Assembly (NCBI GenBank): GCA_007117945.1
Contig: SKTN01000138.1
Location: 1 to 41,367 of the forward strand
DNA from: Nitriliruptoraceae bacterium
GTDB lineage: Bacteria > Actinomycetota > Nitriliruptoria > Nitriliruptorales > Nitriliruptoraceae
Reading direction: 5' to 3'
Length of the DNA stretch: 41,367 nt
The first letter of the stretch is position 1. Each line of letters starts with the position of its first letter. This document shows, in pieces, positions 29,588-37,918 of the stretch. The notes under the pieces were generated by a model, which was not told where the DNA came from, did no database searches, and saw nothing but the letters and a program-made list of their open reading frames with translations. Made by a program: the position numbers and the translations under genes.

Positions 29588-30670
29588 GTGGCGGAGAAGG
29601 TCGAGCGCCTGGTCAACCTCACGATCGCCCTGCTGGAGGCGCCGGGGGCGCTGAGCCTGGCGGAGCTGCGCCGCCGCACGGGCTACTACACCGACGGCAC
29701 CCCGGCGTCGACCCGGCGCCGCTTCGAGCGGGACAAGGACGAGCTGCGCCACCTCGGCGTCCCCATCGAGACCGTCACCCTGCCCCACAGCGAGGAGGTC
29801 GGCTACCGCATCCCCCGCCGCAGCTACGAGCTCCCCGACGTGGAGCTGACGGCCGAGGAGGTGGCCGCACTGGCCCTGGCGGTACGGCTGACGGGCGCCG
29901 AGGGCACACCCCTGGCCCTGGCCAAGCTGGCCGCCCGGGCCCCCGATCCCGCGCAGCTGGAGCTGGGGGCCGACACCCGCGTGGAGCTGCCCCCCGGACC
30001 CGTGGACGCGGTCGCCCGGGCCGTGCTCGGACGCCAGCGCCTGGCCTTCACCTACCGGCGGGCCGACGGCAGCACGGCCCAGCGCACCGTCGACCCCTAC
30101 GGCGTGGTGCAGCGCCGCTCCGCCTGGTACCTCGTCGGCCGCGATCACGACCGTGACGCCCTGCGCGCCTTCCGCCTGGACCGCCTCGCCAGCGAGCCCC
30201 GCCCCGTGGGGGAGCCGGACGCCTTCGAGCCACCCCCCGACCTGGACCTCGCCGCGGCCGTCAGCGGACCGGCCCAGCCGGGCGTCGAGGTGACCCTCGC
30301 TGTGACCGAGGAGGCGCGCTGGGCCGTGGAGCTGCGCGGCGGGCGGGACACCGGACGTCGTCACGAGGACGGGCGCGCCGTACTCACCCTGGAGGAGCTG
30401 CACCCCGTGCGGGACCGGGCGTGGATCCTCGGTCTGGCCGGCGCGGTGGAGGTCCTGGCCCCCGAGCAGCTGCGTGCGGAGGTCGCCGCGGGCTTCGCTG
30501 CGGTGCTCGCGGCCCACGATGGTGCCGCTACAGGCACCGACGGCGACACAGGGGCGCCCGACGGCGACACACCAGCGCCCGACGGCGACACACCAGCGCC
30601 CGACGGCGACACAGGGGCGCCCGACGGCGACACACCAGCGCCCGACGGCGACGGGGGAGGGAGCTCGTGA
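29588..30670 (+). CDS. pafB: HTH/WYL-domain transcriptional regulator PafB
   Basis: N-terminal wHTH (VERLVNLTIALLEAPGALSLAELRRRTG), WYL region (VDPYGVVQRRSAWYLVGRDHDRDALRAFRLDRL). First of two paralogues after pafA. Unusual repeat tail. Confidence 0.8.
   Translation: MAEKVERLVNLTIALLEAPGALSLAELRRRTGYYTDGTPASTRRRFERDKDELRHLGVPIETVTLPHSEEVGYRIPRRSYELPDVELTAEEVAALALAVRLTGAEGTPLALAKLAARAPDPAQLELGADTRVELPPGPVDAVARAVLGRQRLAFTYRRADGSTAQRTVDPYGVVQRRSAWYLVGRDHDRDALRAFRLDRLASEPRPVGEPDAFEPPPDLDLAAAVSGPAQPGVEVTLAVTEEARWAVELRGGRDTGRRHEDGRAVLTLEELHPVRDRAWILGLAGAVEVLAPEQLRAEVAAGFAAVLAAHDGAATGTDGDTGAPDGDTPAPDGDTPAPDGDTGAPDGDTPAPDGDGGGSS
30539..30655 (+). repeat. 21-bp tandem repeat, 5.5 copies (gacggcgacaca[ggg/cca]gcgccc), encoding (DGDT[G/P]AP)n at the PafB C-terminus
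   Basis: Units at 30539, 30560, 30581, 30602 and 30623, plus a partial copy at 30644. Two variants occur in the order A-B-B-A-B. Confidence 0.9.
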
Positions 30671-31578
30671 GCGCCGCCCAGGACGTCGCCCGGATGCTGA
30701 CCCTGGTCCCCTGGCTGCTCGAGCGGCCCGGGGCGAGCCTCGCGGAGGCAGCGGCGGTGTTCGGCGTCGACGAGGACACGATCCGCGACGACCTCGGCCA
30801 CCTCGACTTCTGCGGTCTGCCCGGGCTCGGTGGGGGAGCGCTGTTCGAGGTCACCCTGGTCGAGGACCGGGTGGTGCTGACCATGGCCGACGAGCTGCGC
30901 CGGCCCGTGCGACCCACCGCCGAGGAGGCCCTGCGCCTGGTGGTCAGTGTGGACGCTGTCGCCGAGGCGCTGGGTGACGAACTCCCCGCGCTGCGCAGCG
31001 CCGTGGACCGGGTCCGGGCAGCCCTGGGCATCCCGGAACGCTCCGCCGACGTGCTCGAGCCCGACGGGGTGGCGGCGCTGCCCCTGCTCCGCAGGGCCGT
31101 GCGCGAGGGCCGCCGCGTGGAGCTCGACTACCAGGGCCGCGGTGACGAGCGTCCCGCCACCCGCCACGTCGATCCCTGGGCCCTGCACGTGGTCGACGGC
31201 ACCTGGTACCTGCAGGGCCACGACCGCTCCGCGCAGCAGCGGCGGGTCTTCCGCCTTGACCGCGTCGCCGCCGCCCGGCTCACCGACGCGGCCCGTGAGG
31301 TCCCACCCCCCGCCGACCTCCCACCCCCGCGCTACGTGCCCGGACCGGAGGACCTGGCCGTCACCCTGGAACTCAGCCCCCGGGGGCGCTGGGTGGAGGA
31401 GGCCGTCACCGCCGACGAGGTGGTCGTGCACCCCGATGGCAGCGCCACCCTGCACCTGCGCACCGACGCGCCCACCTGGGTGGCACGCCTGGTGCTGATG
31501 GCCGCGGGTGAGGCCGTGGTCACCGCGCCCGAGGACCTGATCGCCACGGTCGTGCGCTTGGCCCGGGCCGCCGTCTGA
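30667..31578 (+). CDS. pafC: HTH/WYL-domain transcriptional regulator PafC
   Basis: ARMLTLVPWLLERPGASLAEAAAVFGV..., VDPWALHVVDGTWYLQGHDRSAQQRRVFRLDRV. The GTG overlaps the pafB stop (GTGA) and is preceded by GGGGGAGGGAG. Confidence 0.8.
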   Translation: MSAAQDVARMLTLVPWLLERPGASLAEAAAVFGVDEDTIRDDLGHLDFCGLPGLGGGALFEVTLVEDRVVLTMADELRRPVRPTAEEALRLVVSVDAVAEALGDELPALRSAVDRVRAALGIPERSADVLEPDGVAALPLLRRAVREGRRVELDYQGRGDERPATRHVDPWALHVVDGTWYLQGHDRSAQQRRVFRLDRVAAARLTDAAREVPPPADLPPPRYVPGPEDLAVTLELSPRGRWVEEAVTADEVVVHPDGSATLHLRTDAPTWVARLVLMAAGEAVVTAPEDLIATVVRLARAAV

Positions 31579-31659
31579 CGACCACGCGCCCTCCGGCTTG
31601 AGCGCTGCGCGCCCGTGTGTGCGCCGAGCGTGCACCCGCGCCTGCCCCGGCAGACCCGC

Positions 31660-31686
31660 TGGCACGGGACCTACAGGCCCGTGCCA
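31660..31686 (+). other. 9-bp perfect hairpin TGGCACGGG-N9-CCCGTGCCA
   Basis: Lies between the pafC stop (31578) and the next GTG (31733). No U-tract. Could be a terminator or a 5'-UTR element. Confidence 0.25.
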
Positions 31687-31732
31687 CGGGGGCCGACACC
31701 TCGGGTGCAACCCCACACGAGGAGGTCACGAG

Positions 31733-32083
31733 GTGACCCGCATCCGAGCCAGCTGCCCCGCCTGCGGCGAGGTGGACCTGCGTCCCGACGACGTCGTGCT
31801 CCACGTGGTGCGGGCCGACGACGGCCTGGTGTCCGACGGCAGCGAGTACCGCTTCCGCTGCCCGTCCTGCGCGGACGAGGTCGCCAAGCCGGCGGATGAG
31901 CGCATCGCGCAGCTGCTCACCACCGGTGGTGTTCCCGTCGCGGAGCTCGCGCCGCAGCTGCCGCCCCACCCCGAGTTCCCCCCCGGTGGCCCCGCCTTCG
32001 ACCACGACGATCTCCTCGACCTGCACCTGCTGCTGGCCCGTGCGGACTGGTTCCGCGACCTGGTCCGCGGCACGCCCGTCTGA
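31733..32083 (+). CDS. Small zinc-ribbon protein (CPAC...CPSC), hypothetical
   Basis: 116 aa. GAGGAGG lies 8 nt before the GTG. Two CxxC pairs (SCPACGEV..., FRCPSCADEV). High GC3. Confidence 0.55.
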   Translation: MTRIRASCPACGEVDLRPDDVVLHVVRADDGLVSDGSEYRFRCPSCADEVAKPADERIAQLLTTGGVPVAELAPQLPPHPEFPPGGPAFDHDDLLDLHLLLARADWFRDLVRGTPV

Positions 32084-32113
32084 GCCCGTACCCCCCGTCT
32101 GAGCCCGTACCCC
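32076..32113 (+). repeat. Perfect 19-bp tandem duplication (ccgtctgagcccgtacccc x2) spanning the stop codon of the zinc-ribbon ORF
   Basis: Copies at 32076-32094 and 32095-32113. Confidence 0.9.
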
Positions 32114-32148
32114 CCGGATGGGGTCCGGTGGCGCCGCGAGGACGCCCC

Positions 32149-32169
32149 TGTCGGGCACCGCGGTAGGCT
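32149..32169 (+). promoter_or_regulatory. TGTCGG-N9-TAGGCT: putative promoter with a RecA-NDp-like upstream element
   Basis: TGTCGG at 32149-32154 and TAGGCT at 32164-32169, 28 nt before the GTG at 32198. The spacing is 1 nt shorter than the mycobacterial tTGTCRgtg-N8-TAnnnT motif. Confidence 0.3.
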
Positions 32170-32197
32170 CCGCGGCCACCCGGTAGAGGACGTCCAC

Positions 32198-32440
32198 GTG
32201 AGCAACGGCGCGGTCATCGCCATCGTGCTCGGTGCCCTGCTGACGGTGTTGACCATCGCCGGTGTGACGGCGATCGTGGTGCAGCGCGTGTCCCGCGCGG
32301 TGACCGATGCCACCCGCGCCACGGAGCGGCTCACCGCGGTGGCCGCGGAGATCGGCGACCACCAGGCCGTCACCCGTGCGGAGCTCGACCGGCTGTCCGC
32401 CTCGGTCGACGCCCTGCGCACCGAACGGGAGCCGCGCTGA
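32198..32440 (+). CDS. Small membrane-anchored coiled-coil protein (DUF948-like, tentative)
   Basis: 80 aa. N-terminal TM AVIAIVLGALLTVLTIAGVTAIVV followed by helical ...TERLTAVAAEIGDHQAVTRAELDRLSASVDALR. High GC3. Confidence 0.5.
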   Translation: MSNGAVIAIVLGALLTVLTIAGVTAIVVQRVSRAVTDATRATERLTAVAAEIGDHQAVTRAELDRLSASVDALRTEREPR

Positions 32441-32448
32441 CCCGCTGA

Positions 32449-32454
32449 TAGGCT
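32449..32454 (+). promoter_or_regulatory. Putative -10 hexamer TAGGCT upstream of tatA
   Basis: 27 nt before the tatA ATG. Confidence 0.3.
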
Positions 32455-32481
32455 GCACATCTGCCGACGAGGAGTAGCGCG

Positions 32482-32706
32482 ATGAGGATGGGTCCGACGG
32501 AGCTCGTCATCATCCTGTTGATCGTCCTGTTGCTGTTCGGCGCCAAGCGGCTGCCTGACCTCGCCGGCTCCATCGGCTCATCGCTGAAGGAGTTCCGCAA
32601 GGCCACCAAGGACAGCCTCGACGGTGACGACGAGGACGCCGACGACGGAGACGGCGAGGACAGCTCCCCGCGAGCCTCCGATCCGGACTCCGACGCCGGT
32701 CGCTGA
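32482..32706 (+). CDS. tatA: Sec-independent translocase TatA/E
   Basis: [39 protein letters not shown] followed by an acidic tail. GAGGAG lies 7 nt before the ATG. Confidence 0.9.
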   Translation: MRMGPTELVIILLIVLLLFGAKRLPDLAGSIGSSLKEFRKATKDSLDGDDEDADDGDGEDSSPRASDPDSDAGR

Positions 32707-32711
32707 GCCCC

Positions 32712-33482
32712 TTGGCCACGGACGAGGACGTTCCCCCGCGTCTCGCGGGGGAGATGACCCTCACCGAGCACCTGCGGGAGCTGCGTACCCGGCTGTTCCG
32801 TGCGGTCATCGCGCTGGCGGTCGGGACCATCGTGGGCTACGCGGTGTTCCCCTTCCTGCTCGATCTGCTCATCGAGCCCTACTGCCAGGTGCTCGACGGC
32901 GGGCGTGAGAACTGCAACCTGATCGCCCTGCGGCCCCTGGAGCCCTTCTCCGTCCGGATCCGCGCCTCGCTGATGGTGGGGCTGTTCCTGGGCGGTCCCG
33001 TGATCTTCTACCAGCTGTGGCGGTTCATCACGCCGGGGCTGACCGCGCGGGAGCGGCGCTTCACCCTGCCCTTCGTGGTGCTCAGCCAGGTCATGCTGGC
33101 TGCGGGTATCGCCTTCGCCTACCTGATCATCCCCCAGGCGCTCCGGGTGCTGCTGGTGCTCGGTGGCCCTCGGATCGAGGCCTTCCTCTCCGCCACGGAG
33201 TACCTCTCCTTCTTCCTCCGGCTGTGCCTGGCCTTCGCGATCGTGTTCGAGCTTCCCCTGGTGCTGATCGCCCTGGTCCTGGTCGGGGTGCTGCGGGCCT
33301 CCAGCCTGCGCTCCGCCCGCCCCTACGCCGTGGTGGCCATGGCCGTCCTCGCCGCCCTCATCACGCCCACCACCGACGCGATCACCCTGCTGCTGGTCAC
33401 GGTCCCCATGTGGCTGTTCTACGAGCTGTCGGTGCTCGTCGCCTACATCATCGAGAAGCGGCGGGCGCGGCGGGCGCGATGA
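32712..33482 (+). CDS. tatC: Sec-independent translocase TatC
   Basis: MTLTEHLRELRTRLFRAVIALAVG..., six TM segments. The annotated start is TTG at 32712; an alternative ATG is at 32754. Confidence 0.9.
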   Translation: MATDEDVPPRLAGEMTLTEHLRELRTRLFRAVIALAVGTIVGYAVFPFLLDLLIEPYCQVLDGGRENCNLIALRPLEPFSVRIRASLMVGLFLGGPVIFYQLWRFITPGLTARERRFTLPFVVLSQVMLAAGIAFAYLIIPQALRVLLVLGGPRIEAFLSATEYLSFFLRLCLAFAIVFELPLVLIALVLVGVLRASSLRSARPYAVVAMAVLAALITPTTDAITLLLVTVPMWLFYELSVLVAYIIEKRRARRAR

Positions 33483-34141
33483 CCGCCACCCCGGCACCGG
33501 CGCCGGACGACGGCCAACCACGCGATCGGCAGGCGCGCCGGCGCCGCCGTCGCGCACGGCTCGCCCTGCTGGCGCGCCGTTGGAACCTGGGTGCCCTGAC
33601 CACGGTGGCCGTCGTCGCGCTGCTGCTGGGGGGCCTGGTCGGACGGGCCACCGATCCCGGTACCGGACCCGAGGCCCGCAACGCCGTGGAGGCCACGGTG
33701 CTGCCCGTGGCCCTGGATGCCGACGGCATCTGGACCTCCTCCACCGATGGCCGTGCCGCGGTCAGCGACGCGCTGGTCAGCCTGCGCCGCGACGGCGACC
33801 CGACCCTGGTGGAGGACAACCTCGAGGACTGGCTGACCGCCTACGACGCCGCGGTGGTCCGCCTGGCGGCCGCGGACATCCCGCCCGCGGCACGCCCCGT
33901 GCAGCGCCAGCTGATCGCCGCGGTCACCCTGTCACGGGACGCGGTGGAGGTGCTGGGCCACGCCGCCGAGGTGGAGGACGAGTCCCACCAGCGCGATCTG
34001 ACCACCGAGGTGGGTCGCCTGCGCACCCGCTCCGAGCAGCTCACCGCGAGCGCACGCGCCTCCACCAGCGATCTCGACGGCACCCGCACCGACGTCGCGC
34101 CCCTGCCGGCGCTGCGGGACTTCCTCGACGGTCGCAGCTGA
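33479..34141 (+). CDS. Membrane-anchored hypothetical protein, translationally coupled to tatC
   Basis: The ATG overlaps the tatC stop (ATGA). Arg-rich N-terminus (RQARRRRRRARLALLARR), one TM, and a ~170-aa helical extracytoplasmic part. Confidence 0.55.
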   Translation: MTATPAPAPDDGQPRDRQARRRRRRARLALLARRWNLGALTTVAVVALLLGGLVGRATDPGTGPEARNAVEATVLPVALDADGIWTSSTDGRAAVSDALVSLRRDGDPTLVEDNLEDWLTAYDAAVVRLAAADIPPAARPVQRQLIAAVTLSRDAVEVLGHAAEVEDESHQRDLTTEVGRLRTRSEQLTASARASTSDLDGTRTDVAPLPALRDFLDGRS

Positions 34142-34170
34142 GGCGACGCCGGGGGTGGGGTGCCAGGCCG

Positions 34171-34176
34171 TAGGCT
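34171..34176 (+). promoter_or_regulatory. Putative -10 hexamer TAGGCT upstream of helY
   Basis: 40 nt before the GTG at 34217. Confidence 0.25.
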
Positions 34177-34216
34177 CGCTGCCGCCAGCCACCCCACCTC
34201 CTTCCAGCGAGGCACC

Positions 34217-36964
34217 GTGGAGCTCACCGACGACGCCCGCAGCAGCGTGGACCGCTTCACCGCCACGCTCGGCTTCCCCCTCGACCCCTTCCAGGAGCAG
34301 GCCATCGGGGCCCTGGCACGGGGCCGCTCGGTGCTGGTGGCCGCACCGACGGGGGCGGGCAAGACCGTGGTGGGGGAGTTCGCCTGCCACGACGCGATCG
34401 AGCGCGGCGGCAAGGCCTTCTACACCACCCCCATCAAGGCCCTGTCCAACCAGAAGCACCGCGACCTCGTGCAGCGCTACGGCGTCGACCAGGTCGGGCT
34501 GCTCACCGGTGACCGGTCGGTCAACGGTGACGCCCCGGTGGTGGTGATGACCACCGAGGTGCTGCGCAACATGATCTACGAGGCCTCCCGGACCCTCGAG
34601 GGGCTGCGCCACGTCATCCTCGACGAGGTCCACTACCTCGCCGACCGCAGCCGCGGTGCGGTGTGGGAGGAGGTGATCGTCCAGCTGCCCGCCTCCGTGC
34701 AGCTGGCGTCGCTGTCGGCCACGGTCTCCAACGCCGAGCAGTTCGGCAGCTGGCTGGACCAGGTCCGCTCCAGCGCGGGGCCCGGTCGGGCGGGGGAGGG
34801 GTGCGAGCTGATCCTGGAGGAGTCGCGGCCCGTACCCCTGCGCCACCACTACTTCGTCAACGGGCGGATCTACGACACCTTCCGGGCCGGGCGCAAGGGC
34901 GGTGCCACCCGGGAGCACCGTGAGCGCGCCTCCCAGGCCCTGGCCGGGGTCCCCAACCCCGACGTGGTGCTGCTCGAACGCCGCTCCCAGCAGCGCAACC
35001 GTGTCTCCAACAAGGGCCGCCGCCAGGGGCCCGCCGTGCGGCTGCGGTGGCCGAGCCGCCCGGAGGTCGCAGAGGAGCTCGCGGCCCGCAGCTGGCTGCC
35101 GGCCATCCTGTTCGTGTTCTCCCGCAAGGGCTGCGAGGACGCCGCCGAGCAGCTCCAGCGCGCCGGTGTCCGCCTCACGAGCGCGGCGGAGCGGACGGAG
35201 ATCGCCGCACTGATCGACACCCTGCTGGGCGATCTGCCCGCCGCGGACCTCGAGGTGCTCGCCTTCGACGCCTTCCGCTCCCGGGCCATGGACGGGATCG
35301 CCGCCCACCACGCGGGGATGGTCCCCGCCTTCAAGGAGTGCGTGGAGGTGCTGTTCCAGCGGGGGCTGCTCAAGGTCGTCGCGGCCACGGAGACCCTGGC
35401 GCTGGGCATCAACATGCCGGCGCGCACCGTGGTGCTCGAACGTCTGGAGAAGTGGAACGGCGAGTCCCACGTGCTGCTCACCCCCGGGGAGTACACCCAG
35501 CTGACGGGCCGTGCGGGGCGGCGCGGCATCGACCGGGTCGGTCACGCCGTGGTGCTGCACCAGCGCGACCTCGACTTCCGCACCGTCGCGGGGTTGGTGG
35601 GCACCCGCACCTACCCCCTGCGCAGCTCCTTCGAGCCCTCCTACAACATGGCGGTCAACCTGCTGCGCCGCCACGATCTCACCCAGGCGGAGGAGCTGCT
35701 CGGGGCCTCCTTCGCGCAGTTCGAGGCCGACGCCCGGGTGGCCGCCAAGAGCGAGCGCCTCGCCGAGCTCGAGGAGGGCATCGCCGGCTACAGCCGCCAC
35801 CTGAGCTGCGAGCAGGGCGACTGGGCGGCCTACTGGGCGCTGCGTCGGGAGGTCTCCCGCCGGGAGAAGCAGGAGGCCAGACAGCGTCGCGACGCCGTGG
35901 ACCGGGCCCTGCGTGAGGGCATCGCGGGGCTGGAACCCGGCGACGTGCTCCACCTGCCCTGGGCGGGCCGCCGCGGGCTGGTGGCGGTGGTGGGGGTGCA
36001 CCTCACCCGCAAGGGCACCCCGATCGCCCAGGTCGTCACCGACGAGCGTGCGCTGACCAAGGTCGGGCCGCGGGAGCTGGACCGGGTCCCGGAGCCCGTG
36101 GAGCGCATCCGCCTGCCCAACCGCGGCAACCCCCGCCAGCAGGACTACCGCCGGGACATCGCCGGGCGGCTGCGCGCCCTCGATCCCCCCTGGATGGAGC
36201 CCGACGCCGAGCCACCCCTGCAGCAGCAGGTCCGCACCGGGCCCAGCGAGGAGGTGGTGGCCCTGCGCGAGGAGCTGCGCGCCCACCCCTGCCACCGCTG
36301 CCCGGACCGCACGGAGCACGAGCGGTGGCAGCACCGCGCCGACGAGCTGATCGACCAGGCCACGACCCTGCGCAGTGAGGTCACCCGCGCCACGGGCTCC
36401 CTGGTCCGCCAGCTGCACCGCATCCTGGCGGTGCTCACCGACCTCGGCTACGTCGACGAGCACCCGGCACCGACCCCCGAGGGGCTCAGGCTCGCGGGCA
36501 TCTACTGCGAGGTCGATCTGCTGGTCGCCGAGGCCCTGCGCCGCGGGCTCCTCGACGACCTCACCCCGGAGGAGCTCGCCGGCATCGCCGGGCTGCTGCT
36601 CTACGAGCCCCGCGGCGGCGACCCCACGGAGCACGCGGTGCTCCCGACCTTCGCCCTGGAGGAGGCCGCGGAGGCGATCCTCGACCTGGCCGAGGAGCTG
36701 CGCGCCCAGGAGCGCGCCGCGGGGCTGAGGACCACGCTGCGCGAGCTCGACGCGGGCTTCGTGGCGCCCGCCTACCGTTGGGCCTCGGGTGCCGATCTCG
36801 ACACGGCGCTCGGGACCCTCGACATCACCGGCGGGGACTTCGTGCGCATGGTCAAGCAGGTCGCCGACCTCACGGGTCAACTGCGTAGCGTCGGCCACGA
36901 TCCCGTGGGCGGCCGTGCCCACGAGGCCGTGGAGCTGCTGCGGCGCGGCATCGTGGAGGCATGA
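34217..36964 (+). CDS. helY: Ski2-like DEVH-box ATP-dependent RNA helicase HelY
   Basis: PFQEQAI, AAPTGAGKT, ILDEVHYL, SAT, ATETLALGINMPARTVV, QLTGRAGRRG, and a C-terminal DSHCT-like region. Synteny after tatC matches Rv2092c. Confidence 0.9.
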   Translation: MELTDDARSSVDRFTATLGFPLDPFQEQAIGALARGRSVLVAAPTGAGKTVVGEFACHDAIERGGKAFYTTPIKALSNQKHRDLVQRYGVDQVGLLTGDRSVNGDAPVVVMTTEVLRNMIYEASRTLEGLRHVILDEVHYLADRSRGAVWEEVIVQLPASVQLASLSATVSNAEQFGSWLDQVRSSAGPGRAGEGCELILEESRPVPLRHHYFVNGRIYDTFRAGRKGGATREHRERASQALAGVPNPDVVLLERRSQQRNRVSNKGRRQGPAVRLRWPSRPEVAEELAARSWLPAILFVFSRKGCEDAAEQLQRAGVRLTSAAERTEIAALIDTLLGDLPAADLEVLAFDAFRSRAMDGIAAHHAGMVPAFKECVEVLFQRGLLKVVAATETLALGINMPARTVVLERLEKWNGESHVLLTPGEYTQLTGRAGRRGIDRVGHAVVLHQRDLDFRTVAGLVGTRTYPLRSSFEPSYNMAVNLLRRHDLTQAEELLGASFAQFEADARVAAKSERLAELEEGIAGYSRHLSCEQGDWAAYWALRREVSRREKQEARQRRDAVDRALREGIAGLEPGDVLHLPWAGRRGLVAVVGVHLTRKGTPIAQVVTDERALTKVGPRELDRVPEPVERIRLPNRGNPRQQDYRRDIAGRLRALDPPWMEPDAEPPLQQQVRTGPSEEVVALREELRAHPCHRCPDRTEHERWQHRADELIDQATTLRSEVTRATGSLVRQLHRILAVLTDLGYVDEHPAPTPEGLRLAGIYCEVDLLVAEALRRGLLDDLTPEELAGIAGLLLYEPRGGDPTEHAVLPTFALEEAAEAILDLAEELRAQERAAGLRTTLRELDAGFVAPAYRWASGADLDTALGTLDITGGDFVRMVKQVADLTGQLRSVGHDPVGGRAHEAVELLRRGIVEA

Positions 36965-36965
36965 G

Positions 36966-37889
36966 GTGAGCGCCTTCGGCACCCCGCTGGTGATCGCCAA
37001 CCCCTCCGCGGGCCGGGCGGACGGCTCGGTGCTGGCCCGCCTGGTCAGCAGCCTGCGCACCCACGGCGTGGAGCCCGAGGTGGTGGCCACCGCCGCCCGA
37101 GGGCACGCCAGCGAGCTGGCCCGCCAGGCCGTGGAGGAGGGGCGGCGCTACCTGATCGCCGTGGGCGGGGACGGCACGGTGCACGAGGTCGTCAACGGCA
37201 TGGTCGACGCGGAGACCGGCACCCTGCGGGGTGACGATCCGGTCCTCGGCGTGGTGGGTGGGGGCAGCGGCTGCGACCTGTTGCGCACCTTCGGGCTGGA
37301 CCGCCACCCCGAGGTGCTGGCCCGCCATCTGGCCACCGACACCACCACCCGCATCGACCTCGGGCGTGTGCGCTGCACCGGGCCGGACGGCGCGCCGCGG
37401 GTGCGCGTCTTCGCCAACGTCGCCGAGGTCGGCTACGGCGGCAGCGTGGCCCGGCTGGCCAACCGGCTGCCCCGCCGGGTCGGCCAGGCCCGCTACGCCG
37501 CGGCGATCGTGGGCGCCGTACCCCACTTCCGTCGGGTCGACACCACCGTCGAGGTGGACGGGGGCACCACCCGGGAGGCGGTGTGCAACGTCGTGGTCGC
37601 CAACGGGCAGTTCTTCGGCAGCGGCCTGAAGGTCGCGCCCCGGGCCCTGCCCACCGACGGGTCCCTCAACGTCCAGTCCTGGGGAGGCCACCCCATCGAT
37701 GTGGTGCGCGCCCAGCCCCAGCTGCGCACCGGCGCCCACCTGGCCCGCGCGGACGTCCGGGAGTGGCGCTCGCAGCGGGTCGTGGTCACCACGGCACGCC
37801 CCGTGGACGTCGAGGCCGACGGGGAGCACCTCGGCACCGCGCCGGCGACCTTCGACGTGCTGCCCCACCTGCTGCGCTTCAAGCTGTGA
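36966..37889 (+). CDS. Diacylglycerol-kinase-family lipid kinase (YegS/BmrU-like)
   Basis: LVIANPSAGRADG, the catalytic motif LIAVGGDGTVHEVVNG, and GVVGGGSGCDL. The GTG lies 1 nt after the helY stop. Confidence 0.8.
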   Translation: MSAFGTPLVIANPSAGRADGSVLARLVSSLRTHGVEPEVVATAARGHASELARQAVEEGRRYLIAVGGDGTVHEVVNGMVDAETGTLRGDDPVLGVVGGGSGCDLLRTFGLDRHPEVLARHLATDTTTRIDLGRVRCTGPDGAPRVRVFANVAEVGYGGSVARLANRLPRRVGQARYAAAIVGAVPHFRRVDTTVEVDGGTTREAVCNVVVANGQFFGSGLKVAPRALPTDGSLNVQSWGGHPIDVVRAQPQLRTGAHLARADVREWRSQRVVVTTARPVDVEADGEHLGTAPATFDVLPHLLRFKL

Positions 37890-37918
37890 CCGTTAGCATC
37901 ACCGCCGAGGAGGCGACG

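Noticed and set aside
30539-30655. The 21-bp tandem repeat as a CRISPR array or minisatellite outside genes.
   Set aside because: The copies are directly adjacent with no spacers, in frame inside pafB, and no cas genes are present.
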